Source of the DNA: Alphaproteobacteria bacterium
Lineage (GTDB): Bacteria; Pseudomonadota; Alphaproteobacteria; Rhodospirillales; Rhodospirillaceae
Direction: 5' to 3'
NCBI GenBank assembly: GCA_030432435.1
Contig: JAUIGX010000001.1
Coordinates: 3,014 to 67,013, forward strand
DNA length: 64,000 nucleotides
Under the pieces are notes generated by a model. The model was not told the origin of the DNA. It worked only from the letters and a program-made list of their open reading frames with translations, and did no database searches. A program made the translations under genes and the position numbers. Each line of letters starts with the position of its first letter. Position 1 is the stretch's first letter. This document shows, one piece after another, positions 9,226 to 18,476 of the stretch.

Positions 9226-10041
9226 TTACGTCGTGCGTCTGACGAAGGCGTCGATCAGATCCGCGACACCGGTAGGGTCTTCAAACATAGGATAGTGTCC
9301 AATCCCCTCCAGGAGAGCGACCTCTGTGTCCTTGCCTACCAACGCAGCCGATTCTCGGATCAGGGCCTCCGGTAACCAGAAATCGTCCGTGCCCTTTACA
9401 ACGAGAACAGGGCACTTCGCGTCACCAAGCTTGTCTCGAACGTCGTGCGAGGCCCATCCCTGGATGTCGCCATTTCCCGCTTGATGTGCATTCTGATGTT
9501 GCCACCAAAGCTCTTTCACCTTGGCTGGATTGGCCAGCGTTTTTTTGCCCAGTGAATCGACGGCGGCGTACTCAAGGAACGGTTTCCAAGCTGTCGACCA
9601 GGAGGGGTTCTCGAGTTCCGCGGGGTGAGGCAAGATTGGAGCGCCCCACGCAAGCCCTTCCATGGGGATGATTGCACGGAAGGCGTCGCTATGATTGGCG
9701 ATCAAATCGAACGCAATGCAGCCGCCAATGGAACACCCGGCAACGACTGCCTTCTCCTCGCCTAAAAGCGCGCGCGCGAAAGCGTAAACAAACTCCGCGT
9801 GGCCGTTAATAGTGCGCGTCGGCTCCCAGTCAATGGGGTACGAGCGAGAATGACCGGGAAGGTCCAGCGCTATCGCACGGTAACCGCGTGCGGCCATCTC
9901 AGGCAGCAGATATTGGTATTCGCGAGAGTCGGACCCCGCGGTGTGTACGCCTATGAATGGTATGCCCTCGCCGACCTCATCGAAAAAGGTGCGCGTGCCA
10001 TTCACTGAAATGTAGTGTCCGGTGAGTTGTTCTATTGCCAT
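9226..10041 (-). CDS. Alpha/beta-fold hydrolase
   Basis: HTAG oxyanion region, nucleophile elbow GCSIGG, C-terminal GHYPMFEDP. Confidence 0.85.
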   Translation of the reverse strand: MAIEQLTGHYISVNGTRTFFDEVGEGIPFIGVHTAGSDSREYQYLLPEMAARGYRAIALDLPGHSRSYPIDWEPTRTINGHAEFVYAFARALLGEEKAVVAGCSIGGCIAFDLIANHSDAFRAIIPMEGLAWGAPILPHPAELENPSWSTAWKPFLEYAAVDSLGKKTLANPAKVKELWWQHQNAHQAGNGDIQGWASHDVRDKLGDAKCPVLVVKGTDDFWLPEALIRESAALVGKDTEVALLEGIGHYPMFEDPTGVADLIDAFVRRTT

Positions 10042-10065
10042 ACCTTGCTCCTATCGGATCCGCCT

Positions 10066-10503
10066 TCAGACGGCATGGACCCCATAAACTGACGCGAATA
10101 CGCCGCAGAGGTCGCGGAGACCGATGTGAATGCGACCGGCTTCAAATCCATTGCCACCGATGGAGATTTCCGGCGGGCGAAGGCCTCCGCCTTCGGACAT
10201 GGGGTCATCGTAGGACGCCAAATGACGTGATCCGGCCGTTACCAGGTCGGAGAATGTGCGTTCGCCGGAGCACAGCCATTCCCACGCCTGAGCAGATCCG
10301 GAAATAGAGATCGTTGCACCGAACGGCGGAATCATCTCCATCGCGTCGATGACTTTCCCGCGATAGATCTTCAGCCAGAGCCGCTGTTTATCGACTTCGA
10401 TCACGATCGATCCGTCGAACCAGCGCGTCTCGCGTATGAATTCGCTGCTCGCATTCAGTGCATTAACGAAGTCGCTCTGCTTAGCTAGAAGATTCAGGCT
10501 CAT
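10066..10503 (-). CDS. SCP2-like / hypothetical protein cotranscribed with the hydrolase
   Basis: 145-aa ORF lying 24 nt upstream of the hydrolase gene on the same strand. The layout (WFDGSIVIEVD..WLKIYRGKV...ISGSAQAWEWL.G) loosely resembles SCP2 sterol-carrier folds. The family call is tentative. Confidence 0.45.
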   Translation of the reverse strand: MSLNLLAKQSDFVNALNASSEFIRETRWFDGSIVIEVDKQRLWLKIYRGKVIDAMEMIPPFGATISISGSAQAWEWLCSGERTFSDLVTAGSRHLASYDDPMSEGGGLRPPEISIGGNGFEAGRIHIGLRDLCGVFASVYGVHAV

Positions 10504-10509
10504 TCGGTC

Positions 10510-10539
10510 CTCCCTGCCTGTCTAGTGACGTGCAGGGAG
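10510..10539 (-). promoter_or_regulatory. Hairpin able to sequester the Shine-Dalgarno of the 10066..10503 gene
   Basis: A perfect 8-bp inverted repeat: CTCCCTGC (10510..10517) and GCAGGGAG (10532..10539), with a 14-nt loop. On the minus-strand mRNA the GCAGGGAG arm is the SD, 6 nt upstream of the AUG at 10503. Confidence 0.35.
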
Positions 10540-10808
10540 TACTTTATCCACCTGCCTAGGGTAGTCTACATGTCGTTCGGGCAAGGCAACGGAATTCCAA
10601 CCGGCGCCATTGTTCGATATTCTTGCTTGTAACAGGCCAGATTGCGCGCCTTTTTCCCCGCCTGATATGAGCATGATAAAAGGACACCGCTCGGATGAAA
10701 CGACCAATTCTCGAATGCCATGCCTCCTAGACCTTCTCGACCGTGCCCGCCCTCGCTGTGAAACGAAGATTGCCTATTGATGCCCTGAAATATTGAGAGG
10801 CTTTTAAA

Positions 10809-11324
10809 ATGACCTCCGATGTAGCCAGAGAGAGAGCCGTAAAGTGCCTGTTGCTCGCTCTTGCCGTTCTGTGTCTGCTGGCATCCCCGGCCGCGGCGCA
10901 AGACTACAATAAAGGTGCGAACGCCTATGCGCGCGGAGATTTCGCCGCTGCGTTGCAGGAGTGGCGTCCTCTTGCCGAAAAGGACAACGTCAGCGCCCAA
11001 TTTAACCTCGGCCAAATGTATTTTCTAGGGCGCGGCGTCTCGCAGGACTACGCCGAAGCGTTGATCTGGTACACGCGTGCCGCCGAGCAGGGTGACACTG
11101 GGGCGGCGAGCGCTATTGGCAATATGTATGCGATGGGCCACGGTGTGCAGCAGGATTTAGTACGCGCTTACATGTGGCACGCTCTGGCCGTTGAGCACGG
11201 AGGCAGGTATCCGTATTTTACACGGGATGTCAGGGTCGCTCGGGATGAGGTCGTGCGACGTCTCACGCCGGAACAACTAGCCGAGGGGCGAAAGCTCGTC
11301 CGCGAATGGATGGAAAGCCGGTAA
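10809..11324 (+). CDS. Secreted Sel1-repeat (TPR-like) protein
   Basis: Signal-like N-terminus (LLLALAVLCLLASPAAAQ). Three Sel1 repeats: AQFNLGQMYFLGRGVSQDYAEALIWYTRAAEQGD, ASAIGNMYAMGHGVQQDLVRAYMW, and a third partial-looking copy. Confidence 0.85.
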   Translation: MTSDVARERAVKCLLLALAVLCLLASPAAAQDYNKGANAYARGDFAAALQEWRPLAEKDNVSAQFNLGQMYFLGRGVSQDYAEALIWYTRAAEQGDTGAASAIGNMYAMGHGVQQDLVRAYMWHALAVEHGGRYPYFTRDVRVARDEVVRRLTPEQLAEGRKLVREWMESR

Positions 11325-11497
11325 AACCTTCCCCGTAAACTCGGCCGTTGCGACACGGTACTGTCGATGATTCTGCGAACACCTGGATATTGGCGAGTCA
11401 GGAATAGCCGCGCCGGGAATGGGTCGAACCGGCATTTTTTAGACCGACTGTGTTATTATGGCGGGGTACGCACGAGAGTTACTCAGGAGGCCCTCCC

Positions 11498-12349
11498 ATG
11501 AATTTTAGAAAAGTCGCGCGCCTAGGTTTCGTTGCTGCTTTCGTGGCCGGCGGCGCGGTAGCCGGACTCGTTTGGACACAGGCGGTGCTGGTGCCCGCAA
11601 CAGCCGATGCGGCAAGCGCCCCCTTCACGCCCCAGTCCGGGCAGGCCGGAAAGGATGTGGTGTGGGTACCGACGCCGCAAGCCCTGGTGGACCGGATGCT
11701 CAACATGGCCCAGGTGAATGAACAGGACTACCTGGTCGATCTCGGATCAGGTGACGGGCGCACGGTGATCACCGCGGCCAAACGCGGGGTCCGGGCGCAC
11801 GGTATTGAATACAATCCCGACATGGTCGCGCTTGCGAACTTCAATGCCGAGAAGGAAGGCGTTGCCGGTCTGGCGACTTTCGAACGAGCCGACATCTTCG
11901 AATCTGATTTCTCCGACGCCACGGTCGTCACTCTGTTTCTGCTGACAGAGTTAAATATAAAACTGCGTCCACTCTTGCTGGACATGAAACCCGGCACGCG
12001 TGTGGTTTCGAACACTTTCGAGATGGGCGATTGGAGGGCGGATGAATCCATAGACGCCGGCGAAAGCTGCATCGCGTGGTGCAGAGCCCATAAATGGATC
12101 GTACCCGCGAAGGTCGGCGGAGATTGGAAGCTGGAGAATGGCCAGCTGTCGCTGAAGCAAACCTATCAAATGCTTGATGGCACGCTTATTCTGGACGGGC
12201 AGCCAGAGGCCATCCGCGACGCAAAGATGAACGGCACCGAGATTAGTTTCACGGCGTCCGGAAAGCGATACACCGGCCGGGTAGAGGGAAACACCATGCA
12301 AGGCCGCATCGAAGGCGGCGGCCGTTGGCGCGCCACTCGCGCCCAATAG
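11498..12349 (+). CDS. Class I SAM-dependent methyltransferase domain with an N-terminal signal/anchor
   Basis: ATG 11498 is preceded by AGGAGG (11485..11490). Hydrophobic N-terminus MNFRKVARLGFVAAFVAGGAVAGLVW...ADAASA. SAM motif I VDLGSGDGRTV. C-terminal beta-rich region. Confidence 0.8.
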   Translation: MNFRKVARLGFVAAFVAGGAVAGLVWTQAVLVPATADAASAPFTPQSGQAGKDVVWVPTPQALVDRMLNMAQVNEQDYLVDLGSGDGRTVITAAKRGVRAHGIEYNPDMVALANFNAEKEGVAGLATFERADIFESDFSDATVVTLFLLTELNIKLRPLLLDMKPGTRVVSNTFEMGDWRADESIDAGESCIAWCRAHKWIVPAKVGGDWKLENGQLSLKQTYQMLDGTLILDGQPEAIRDAKMNGTEISFTASGKRYTGRVEGNTMQGRIEGGGRWRATRAQ

Positions 12350-12527
12350 CGGGAAACCTCCCGGCGTGAGCTAATAGCGTCCATGAGGCCGTACTTTTAT
12401 CAGCTCCGGCACGCCCTCTATCCGACTGACGTTTCCAGCAGAGTTTGCCGCAGCCCAATGGATACGCGGCGCGCTCTGCTCGAAAGCGTCTTTTCGCCCG
12501 AGGGTTACGCTTGGCGACCCAATGTTA

Positions 12528-13976
12528 TTACTGGCTTCTGCCCAACAGCTGCTGATTGAGGTCGGCAACTGGAAAGACCTCGCCGGATTTAACGGTCGTA
12601 TGGATGTCTCTTATGTTCTTGATATCGACAAGCGGATTGGCATTTAGCGCGACAATATCGCCCTGCTTGCCAATCTCGATCGAACCAAACCGGTTCTCCC
12701 ACCCCAAAATCTTGGCCGCATTTATGGTTGCCGCCCGCAAGGCCTGAAGCGGCGTTTGCCCGCCTTCTACAAATGTCTGCAGTTCCTGATGAAGCGATGT
12801 TCCCGGGCCGTAGGGAAATATATCGATAGAGAAATCAGATCCCGCGCCTACAACGCCGCCCATCTCGACGAATTTCGCGATTATGCGCGCTTGCACTTTT
12901 ATGCTCTCACCCCACATCTTGGGATCGTATTTGGCAAAATCAAACCCGCCAGTATGTTCCTCGACACCTTCTGCCGCAGGCGCCGATAGAGCCTCGTAGA
13001 CCTCCGGCTGATAATACCGAAATAACTCGGCGTTATCCCGCGCCAACTTTTCCCTATCCACAAATATGTTTTGAACCGCCAACGTTGGAATGATCGGCGT
13101 TCCATTTTCAACCAGCACTTCCAGCGTTTTGATAACTTCTTCTTCGTTTACATCGGTCCAAAGCCGGAACAAGCGATAGTATCCGATGTCGGTCATCGAG
13201 ATGCTTGTCTCGTAATCGAGCGCCCTCTGCACCAACGAGACAGTGTGCTCCAGGCTATCCACCCCAAGGCGCGAAGCCTCGGCCGCGCCGAGCATCGCAA
13301 AATGCCCCCATACCTTGCGGCCAAGGCGATGAGATTCGTCAATGACCGATTGAACCATCTCAGCATCGCCGAAGTTGTAAAATTTAATCCACTCGGCCCC
13401 CCTGTACGCATACTCGCCCACAAGATCTCGGGCTTCGATGGGTGTCTTGACGATTTCGGTGCGCTTCACACTTGGAAAGCCAGGCGCTTGCTCGATGATT
13501 CCTGATGCGCTGACAATGATGTTCGGGCCGTCCATTTCCCCGTCGTCAATCGCGATTTTGTTTTTTAGCAGACCGGACATGGCGCTTTGATCAGACGCGC
13601 CGCCATTAATGGCCAGGGCGCGAATAGTCGTGATGCCGTTTTTAAGGAGTAGCCGGTAGAAATGTTCCATATCGACCTCCACACCATGAACTGTGGTGGG
13701 CGTATGAAGGTGCATGTCGGTAAGGCCGGGTATCAGGTACTTGCCCGCGACATCAACACGCGAGGCGTTTTCCGGCACTCGAGCGGCATTGAACGGAAAA
13801 TCATAAAAAAGGTCGGTGATTTTTCCATCCTCGATAACGACGGCAACCTGCTCGTAAACTTCTCCGCGTATCACATCAACCAGATGGCCACCGGCCAAAT
13901 AAACCGGCCGTTCTTGCGCGTTTGCGAACGGGACATGAACGAGCAGCAAGACAGCGGTCAGAAAAAACGTCTTCAT
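12528..13976 (-). CDS. Secreted metal-dependent amidohydrolase-family protein
   Basis: Signal peptide MKTFFLTAVLLLVHVPFANAQ. Motifs PGLTDMHLHTP (HxH metal motif), GSDFS and GDIVAL, typical of the amidohydrolase superfamily. Confidence 0.85.
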   Translation of the reverse strand: MKTFFLTAVLLLVHVPFANAQERPVYLAGGHLVDVIRGEVYEQVAVVIEDGKITDLFYDFPFNAARVPENASRVDVAGKYLIPGLTDMHLHTPTTVHGVEVDMEHFYRLLLKNGITTIRALAINGGASDQSAMSGLLKNKIAIDDGEMDGPNIIVSASGIIEQAPGFPSVKRTEIVKTPIEARDLVGEYAYRGAEWIKFYNFGDAEMVQSVIDESHRLGRKVWGHFAMLGAAEASRLGVDSLEHTVSLVQRALDYETSISMTDIGYYRLFRLWTDVNEEEVIKTLEVLVENGTPIIPTLAVQNIFVDREKLARDNAELFRYYQPEVYEALSAPAAEGVEEHTGGFDFAKYDPKMWGESIKVQARIIAKFVEMGGVVGAGSDFSIDIFPYGPGTSLHQELQTFVEGGQTPLQALRAATINAAKILGWENRFGSIEIGKQGDIVALNANPLVDIKNIRDIHTTVKSGEVFPVADLNQQLLGRSQ

Positions 13977-14192
13977 GATTAATCTACTCCTTGAGCGTTT
14001 ATCGGTTGCCGATAAAGGCCGGTGCCGCAAAAAAGCGCAGCGGCTCCCGCCTCAATGAGATGATCTCCGGCAAGTCTAAGCGCTTTTGGAAGCAAACGCA
14101 TAGCGAAGTTGGTGCCGCAGGAATTCACGAAGACGGATAGGCGGCAACGTCGGCGGCGCTAACGATGGCCATAGCTATCGGCGCAAGTGGGC

Positions 14193-14678
14193 TCAAGCTA
14201 CGCCGAGATGCGCAGCGAGCTTGGCCAAAGTCTGATTGCCGAACTCTACCGCACCGAAGCCAATGCCGGCGTCGCGTTGCTCTTTGGTCGGATGTAGTTG
14301 GCGCATGGTCAACACGGTCTTGCCGTCGCTTTGCTCATCGAACGTTACCGTGACATGAAAGCGCCCGGGATCGTCGTCCCTGTCTGAGCCGTGCTCCATC
14401 TCGATCAACCGCGGAGGGTCGATCCGTAGGAAGACCATACGGTTGTCGTATACGGTTCCGTCCGGGCCGGTAAAAACGAAACGCCAGCGGCCCCCCACGC
14501 TGATGTCGCACTCCAGGCTCTCTACCTTGAATCCTTCCGGTCCAAACCACTGGATAATCTGCTTCGGATCCGTCCACGCCTGGAACACGCGCGCGCGCGG
14601 CGCGGCAATCACACGGCTCAGGACGATCTCGCGATCGAGGGCCCAGGTTCTGCGAGGATCAGCGGTCATGCTCGTCAC
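14193..14678 (-). CDS. SRPBCC-superfamily protein (AHSA1/START-like), module 1
   Basis: Pattern REIVLSRVIAAPRARVFQAWTDP..I.QWFGPEGF, typical of Aha1-like SRPBCC proteins. It overlaps the stop of the upstream ArsR gene (GTG 14678, or ATG 14669). Confidence 0.85.
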   Translation of the reverse strand: MTSMTADPRRTWALDREIVLSRVIAAPRARVFQAWTDPKQIIQWFGPEGFKVESLECDISVGGRWRFVFTGPDGTVYDNRMVFLRIDPPRLIEMEHGSDRDDDPGRFHVTVTFDEQSDGKTVLTMRQLHPTKEQRDAGIGFGAVEFGNQTLAKLAAHLGVA

Positions 14679-15024
14679 CCTTTGTCATCTGTTGACCGGT
14701 TTCGTTTTTAGCGAGGAAACGCTCTAGGCGATCAAACCGTGCTTCCCAGGCTTCGCGAGTGTGGTTCAGCCAATTTGCCGCCTCCGCAAGGCGTTCGGCC
14801 CGCAACGAGCATGGGCGCTTCTGACCGTCGCGCCCGCGTGCGATCAATCCGGCGCGCTCCAGCACCTTAAGATGCTGGGACACTGCCGGAAGGCTCATGG
14901 TGAAGGGCGCCGCGAGTTCCTGAACGGTCAGGTCGCCTTCGTCCGCCAAACGCGCAAGAATGGCCAGCCGCGTTGGGTCGCCGAGAGCTGTGAACGCCTG
15001 CGTAACTTCTTGAGAGACTGGCAC
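14659..15024 (-). CDS. ArsR/SmtB-family transcriptional regulator, module 1
   Basis: Winged-HTH region LGDPTRLAILARLADEGDLTVQELAAPFTMSLPAVSQHLKVLERAGLI. No ELCVCDL-type metal-binding Cys motif. GTG start at 15024. Confidence 0.9.
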   Translation of the reverse strand: MPVSQEVTQAFTALGDPTRLAILARLADEGDLTVQELAAPFTMSLPAVSQHLKVLERAGLIARGRDGQKRPCSLRAERLAEAANWLNHTREAWEARFDRLERFLAKNETGQQMTKGDEHDR

Positions 15025-15039
15025 TTTTGCACACCCAGA

Positions 15040-15073
15040 CCTATATATTTAAGTAAACACTTAAATATATAGG
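15040..15073. promoter_or_regulatory. Perfect 34-bp palindrome; candidate ArsR operator
   Basis: CCTATATATTTAAGT-AAAC-ACTTAAATATATAGG, with 15-nt arms verified base by base. It lies 16 nt upstream of the ArsR start, and 27 of its 34 positions are A/T. Confidence 0.55.
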
Positions 15074-15147
15074 AAAGGCCGCCGTGTCAAGCAACCGGCC
15101 CACTATGCCGAGGTTTCAGCAAGTTTCGGTTTCAGCCGACCTTTCAC

Positions 15148-15181
15148 AAAAAAAAGGGCGAGGGTTAAACCCCTCGCCCTT
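15148..15181 (-). terminator. Rho-independent terminator of the TonB-dependent receptor gene
   Basis: The minus strand reads GGGCGAGGG-gtttaac-CCCTCGCCC followed by TTTTTTTT. It lies about 25 nt after the receptor stop (15207). Confidence 0.75.
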
Positions 15182-15206
15182 CCGGCTTGGTTCTTCTGAC
15201 GATCAG

Positions 15207-18128
15207 CTACATCTGGAAACGCACACCCGCGCGGAACGTGCGGCCCATGCGGTCATAAAGACCGGTGTTTCCCTGACCGGCGTAAAATCCGGCGCCGCGC
15301 GTCCCCGCGATTAACGGGGGGTCCCTATCGAACATGTTTTCAGCGACAAAGTAGGCATCAAGCGCCCCGTCCATAAACTTGTAACTAAGAGCGAGGTCGA
15401 AATACGTCACTCCGGGCACATGATTGTCGTTGATTGTTGGATTTGCCGAGGTCGCCGCGGGGCATCCGGTGGTGCATTCGATGAAGGACGTATTGTAAAC
15501 GCCCGACCCGATACCGCGCATAGTCAAAGTCGCGTTTGCCGGACCATTCGTGTAGGCGGCCGACACCAAGTAGCGGAACTTTGGTGCCGATAGCGCGCTG
15601 CCGAGGCCGATAAGGCCGCTATCGGCCTGAATGCCAGCCCCTTCTGTAGAACCGAGGCTGTCCACGGTCTTGAGCGTAAATACTCGCGTGGCCAAGCCCC
15701 GCAGCCTCACTTCACCGTCCCAGCTCGCCGATATCATATCGAGCGGCATGCTGTAGGAAGCTTCGACGTCCAGCCCACGCGTCTTTTGCGACAGGATATT
15801 CGCAGGCACCACGGCTATGAACGAGATTTCACCCGAGGCATTGCGCTCGATAAACGGACACAACTGCGGCGCCGAACCGTCGAAGCAACGGTCTACATAC
15901 TGTTGCGAGCTTAGAGACGCGATCGCCCCTTTGATGTTGATATTATAGTAATCGACGGACGCGGCGAATCCCGGAACAAACGTCGGCGTAAAGACAGCGC
16001 CAAACCCGGTAGTATCAGCCTTCTCGGGTTGGAGAAGCGGATTGCCGCGAACCGACGTCACGATGAAAGACACCACGCCGTTTGACGGGTCGATGATGGT
16101 GCCCGTCCCTGGGCGATCCGAGGTGAAAAGATCGCCGACGTTTGGTGCGCGGATATCGCGAGAGCGAGTTACACGAAAGGTAAGATCATCGACCGGCGAA
16201 TACGTTGCTCCCGCCTTCCAAGTCACGACAAAACCGGACGTGCTGTAGTCGGTCAGGCGAACGGCCGCATTCAAGTCGAGAGACTCTGCCCATTCTTGAT
16301 CCTTGGCCAGCGGCACGACGGTTTCCAAATACCCTTCGGTGACGTTGTACTTGCCCTGGGTGATGCCGTAGTTGCCGGCAAAGTAAGAGTTACTGAGGTC
16401 TAACGCGCTCGCGATCGCTTTCGCGCTTTCACGACGGTGCTCCCCGCCGAATGCCACGGAAACCGGACCGGCCCAAGTCGAGAATGGCTCGCCGCTGACG
16501 TTCGCCGCAATAACTTCCTGGGCCAGAACCGTTAAACTGTAGCCGGTTCCGTAAACGTACTTGTTGTCTGCATTTACGTTGATGCCCATCGGGTTGTAAG
16601 GCTGACACAGCGGATCATCGTTCGCTGGATTCCCATCTACGTTGACACGGCAGACGATCTGTCCAGTGGCAGGGTCCGTAACGGCGTCGATCGCCCGCAC
16701 ATAGTTCGCGTTGATACGGTTATCGGGTGAGCGAACAGAGAGATGATTAGTGCTTCTGGCCCAAGACGCTTCCCATGCCCAGTTACTCCCGAAGGCGTCC
16801 ACTTCCCCTTCAAGTCCCGCGACATAGCTGCGGAACGTGCGGGTGTTGAGCGATTTGAGCAGCGGGAGATCGTGGTTGGAGGTTCCCATCGTGAACTGGG
16901 AGATGCCCAGGTTCGTCATTTGCGCCTGAACGGAGGCGGGAATAAACGGATTGCCGGATTGGATATTCAATCCACCACCGTTGAAGTTTGCCGTGGCCCC
17001 GCTGTTCAAAGCGGAAGAGTAGCCCCAAATAAACTGGGCAAATGCCGTAACGTTGTCGGTCACATCGTAGCTGAGGCGCGAGAAAAGATTATTGCGTTCC
17101 AGCCGCTGGGCCAGCGCAATACTTACTTTGTCAATCCGCGACATTTCAAAATCGCCGCCCGACATCGCATTGCCGCTGACAAGGCCAAATCGGAAAGGCG
17201 CCGGCGTGCCGCCCTCAAGGAACTGAGTTCCACGCAGCGGACAGCTATCACCCGCATAGCCCGCACACGAAATAATTAAACCGCCCGGCGTTGCCCGTGA
17301 CAAGCCGATGTCTGGCGCGATCAGCAACGAGGGTTGGCCATTCGTGGGCGTATAGTTTGGATTATTTATACCCGCTAGAGTTTGATCACTCCACGGACGA
17401 GGCTGCCCTTTAACGCCGTGCTCGTAAGCATGCTCGCCGCTTATCAAGAAATGCCCTCGGCCCCCTGCAAACGGAGTGCCCGCGGATAGTGAAACTCTGT
17501 AGGTGGGGTTGTCACCGTAGGTCGTGATGCTGCTATCGACACTGCCCTTGATGCCGGTGAATTCCTTATCGAGGACAAAGTTAACAACGCCGGCCAACGC
17601 ATCCGAGCCGTAGACGGCCGATGCACCGCCGGTCACGACATCGACACGACTCATCAGCCCGTTCGGGAATCCGTTGACATCCACGGCACCGCCGCGGCTT
17701 CCGCCCGCAGTAGCGGCGACCACGCGCTTTCCGTCGAGCAATACAAGAGTGCGAGGAGCGCCGAGACCGCGCAGGTTGAGCAGATTGATACCGCCCTCAC
17801 CGCCGCTAACGCCACCGGATGTATTGCGCGATGTCGCACCGGCGCCGAATGTCGGAAGCCTGTTTACTGCGTCGGCGATATTGGTCACCGCCATGGTGTC
17901 GAGCTCTTCCATACTCAGCACAGAAACCGGTGTCGGTGCTTCGTATCCGTCGCGGACGATACGCGAGCCAGTGACCACGATTTCGTCAATCGCGGCAGCG
18001 TCCTCCGCTTGCTGATTGGACACGGGTTGCGCCAGTACTCCAACCGAAGTTCCAAGCAGCGCAATTGCGCTTACCGTCGTTAAAAAGCCGAAGCACCGCG
18101 TCCGCGGCGCAAAATTTGTATAAGGCAT
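15207..18128 (-). CDS. TonB-dependent outer-membrane receptor
   Basis: Signal peptide, plug domain (DEIVVTGSRI, TonB-box-like region), a long beta-barrel and a C-terminal aromatic end (RFQM). ATG 18128 was chosen inside ORF 15207..18158. Confidence 0.95.
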   Translation of the reverse strand: MPYTNFAPRTRCFGFLTTVSAIALLGTSVGVLAQPVSNQQAEDAAAIDEIVVTGSRIVRDGYEAPTPVSVLSMEELDTMAVTNIADAVNRLPTFGAGATSRNTSGGVSGGEGGINLLNLRGLGAPRTLVLLDGKRVVAATAGGSRGGAVDVNGFPNGLMSRVDVVTGGASAVYGSDALAGVVNFVLDKEFTGIKGSVDSSITTYGDNPTYRVSLSAGTPFAGGRGHFLISGEHAYEHGVKGQPRPWSDQTLAGINNPNYTPTNGQPSLLIAPDIGLSRATPGGLIISCAGYAGDSCPLRGTQFLEGGTPAPFRFGLVSGNAMSGGDFEMSRIDKVSIALAQRLERNNLFSRLSYDVTDNVTAFAQFIWGYSSALNSGATANFNGGGLNIQSGNPFIPASVQAQMTNLGISQFTMGTSNHDLPLLKSLNTRTFRSYVAGLEGEVDAFGSNWAWEASWARSTNHLSVRSPDNRINANYVRAIDAVTDPATGQIVCRVNVDGNPANDDPLCQPYNPMGINVNADNKYVYGTGYSLTVLAQEVIAANVSGEPFSTWAGPVSVAFGGEHRRESAKAIASALDLSNSYFAGNYGITQGKYNVTEGYLETVVPLAKDQEWAESLDLNAAVRLTDYSTSGFVVTWKAGATYSPVDDLTFRVTRSRDIRAPNVGDLFTSDRPGTGTIIDPSNGVVSFIVTSVRGNPLLQPEKADTTGFGAVFTPTFVPGFAASVDYYNINIKGAIASLSSQQYVDRCFDGSAPQLCPFIERNASGEISFIAVVPANILSQKTRGLDVEASYSMPLDMISASWDGEVRLRGLATRVFTLKTVDSLGSTEGAGIQADSGLIGLGSALSAPKFRYLVSAAYTNGPANATLTMRGIGSGVYNTSFIECTTGCPAATSANPTINDNHVPGVTYFDLALSYKFMDGALDAYFVAENMFDRDPPLIAGTRGAGFYAGQGNTGLYDRMGRTFRAGVRFQM

Positions 18129-18476
18129 CTGATTCCCTCCCCGGGTGTGGATAGCCAATCCTTTGAAACCATAACTTAAACTGGAATTTATCTCAGGTTC
18201 TCGTTATGATAGCTTTTTCGTTACCATGGGTTTTGTAGAGCGGCAATCTATATAAATTCGCTTTCCCCGAGGATGACGTCGCGTCCGCTCTGAACGATTG
18301 CGACATTCACCGCGATAAACGCACACTCGCTTCGTGGGACGCTCAACGCTTAGGTGAGCGGTTTAGTTTGTTCCAAACGCTGTAAAGTGCGGCGCTCTCT
18401 GTAAGTTGCGCCGCGGCGGAAACTTGCAAGTCTTGCCCATAGGATAGAGCCTCCGTACTTTCGCAATGATCATGCA

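Noticed and set aside
10566-11015. 149-aa minus-strand ORF, and a 61-aa ORF (10522..10707), in and near the Sel1 gene and its upstream region.
   Set aside because: The first overlaps the well-supported Sel1-repeat gene on the other strand. Neither has an SD or a recognisable motif. The region is better explained as a leader or promoter.
15019-15031. TGGCAC-TT-TTGC near the ArsR start codon, resembling sigma-54 elements.
   Set aside because: The spacer is only 2 nt, and the element overlaps the ArsR GTG start on the opposite strand. It is a coincidental match.
18129-18300. Possible TPP riboswitch in the leader of the TonB-dependent receptor gene. The minus-strand RNA contains CUGAGA.
   Set aside because: Only the short CUGAGA hexamer matches. 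The other conserved TPP-element segments (the ACCUGAUCUGGAUAAUGCCAGCG-like pyrimidine-sensor helix and the GGGG/CCCC closing helices in the right order) are absent from the reverse-complemented leader that I wrote out.
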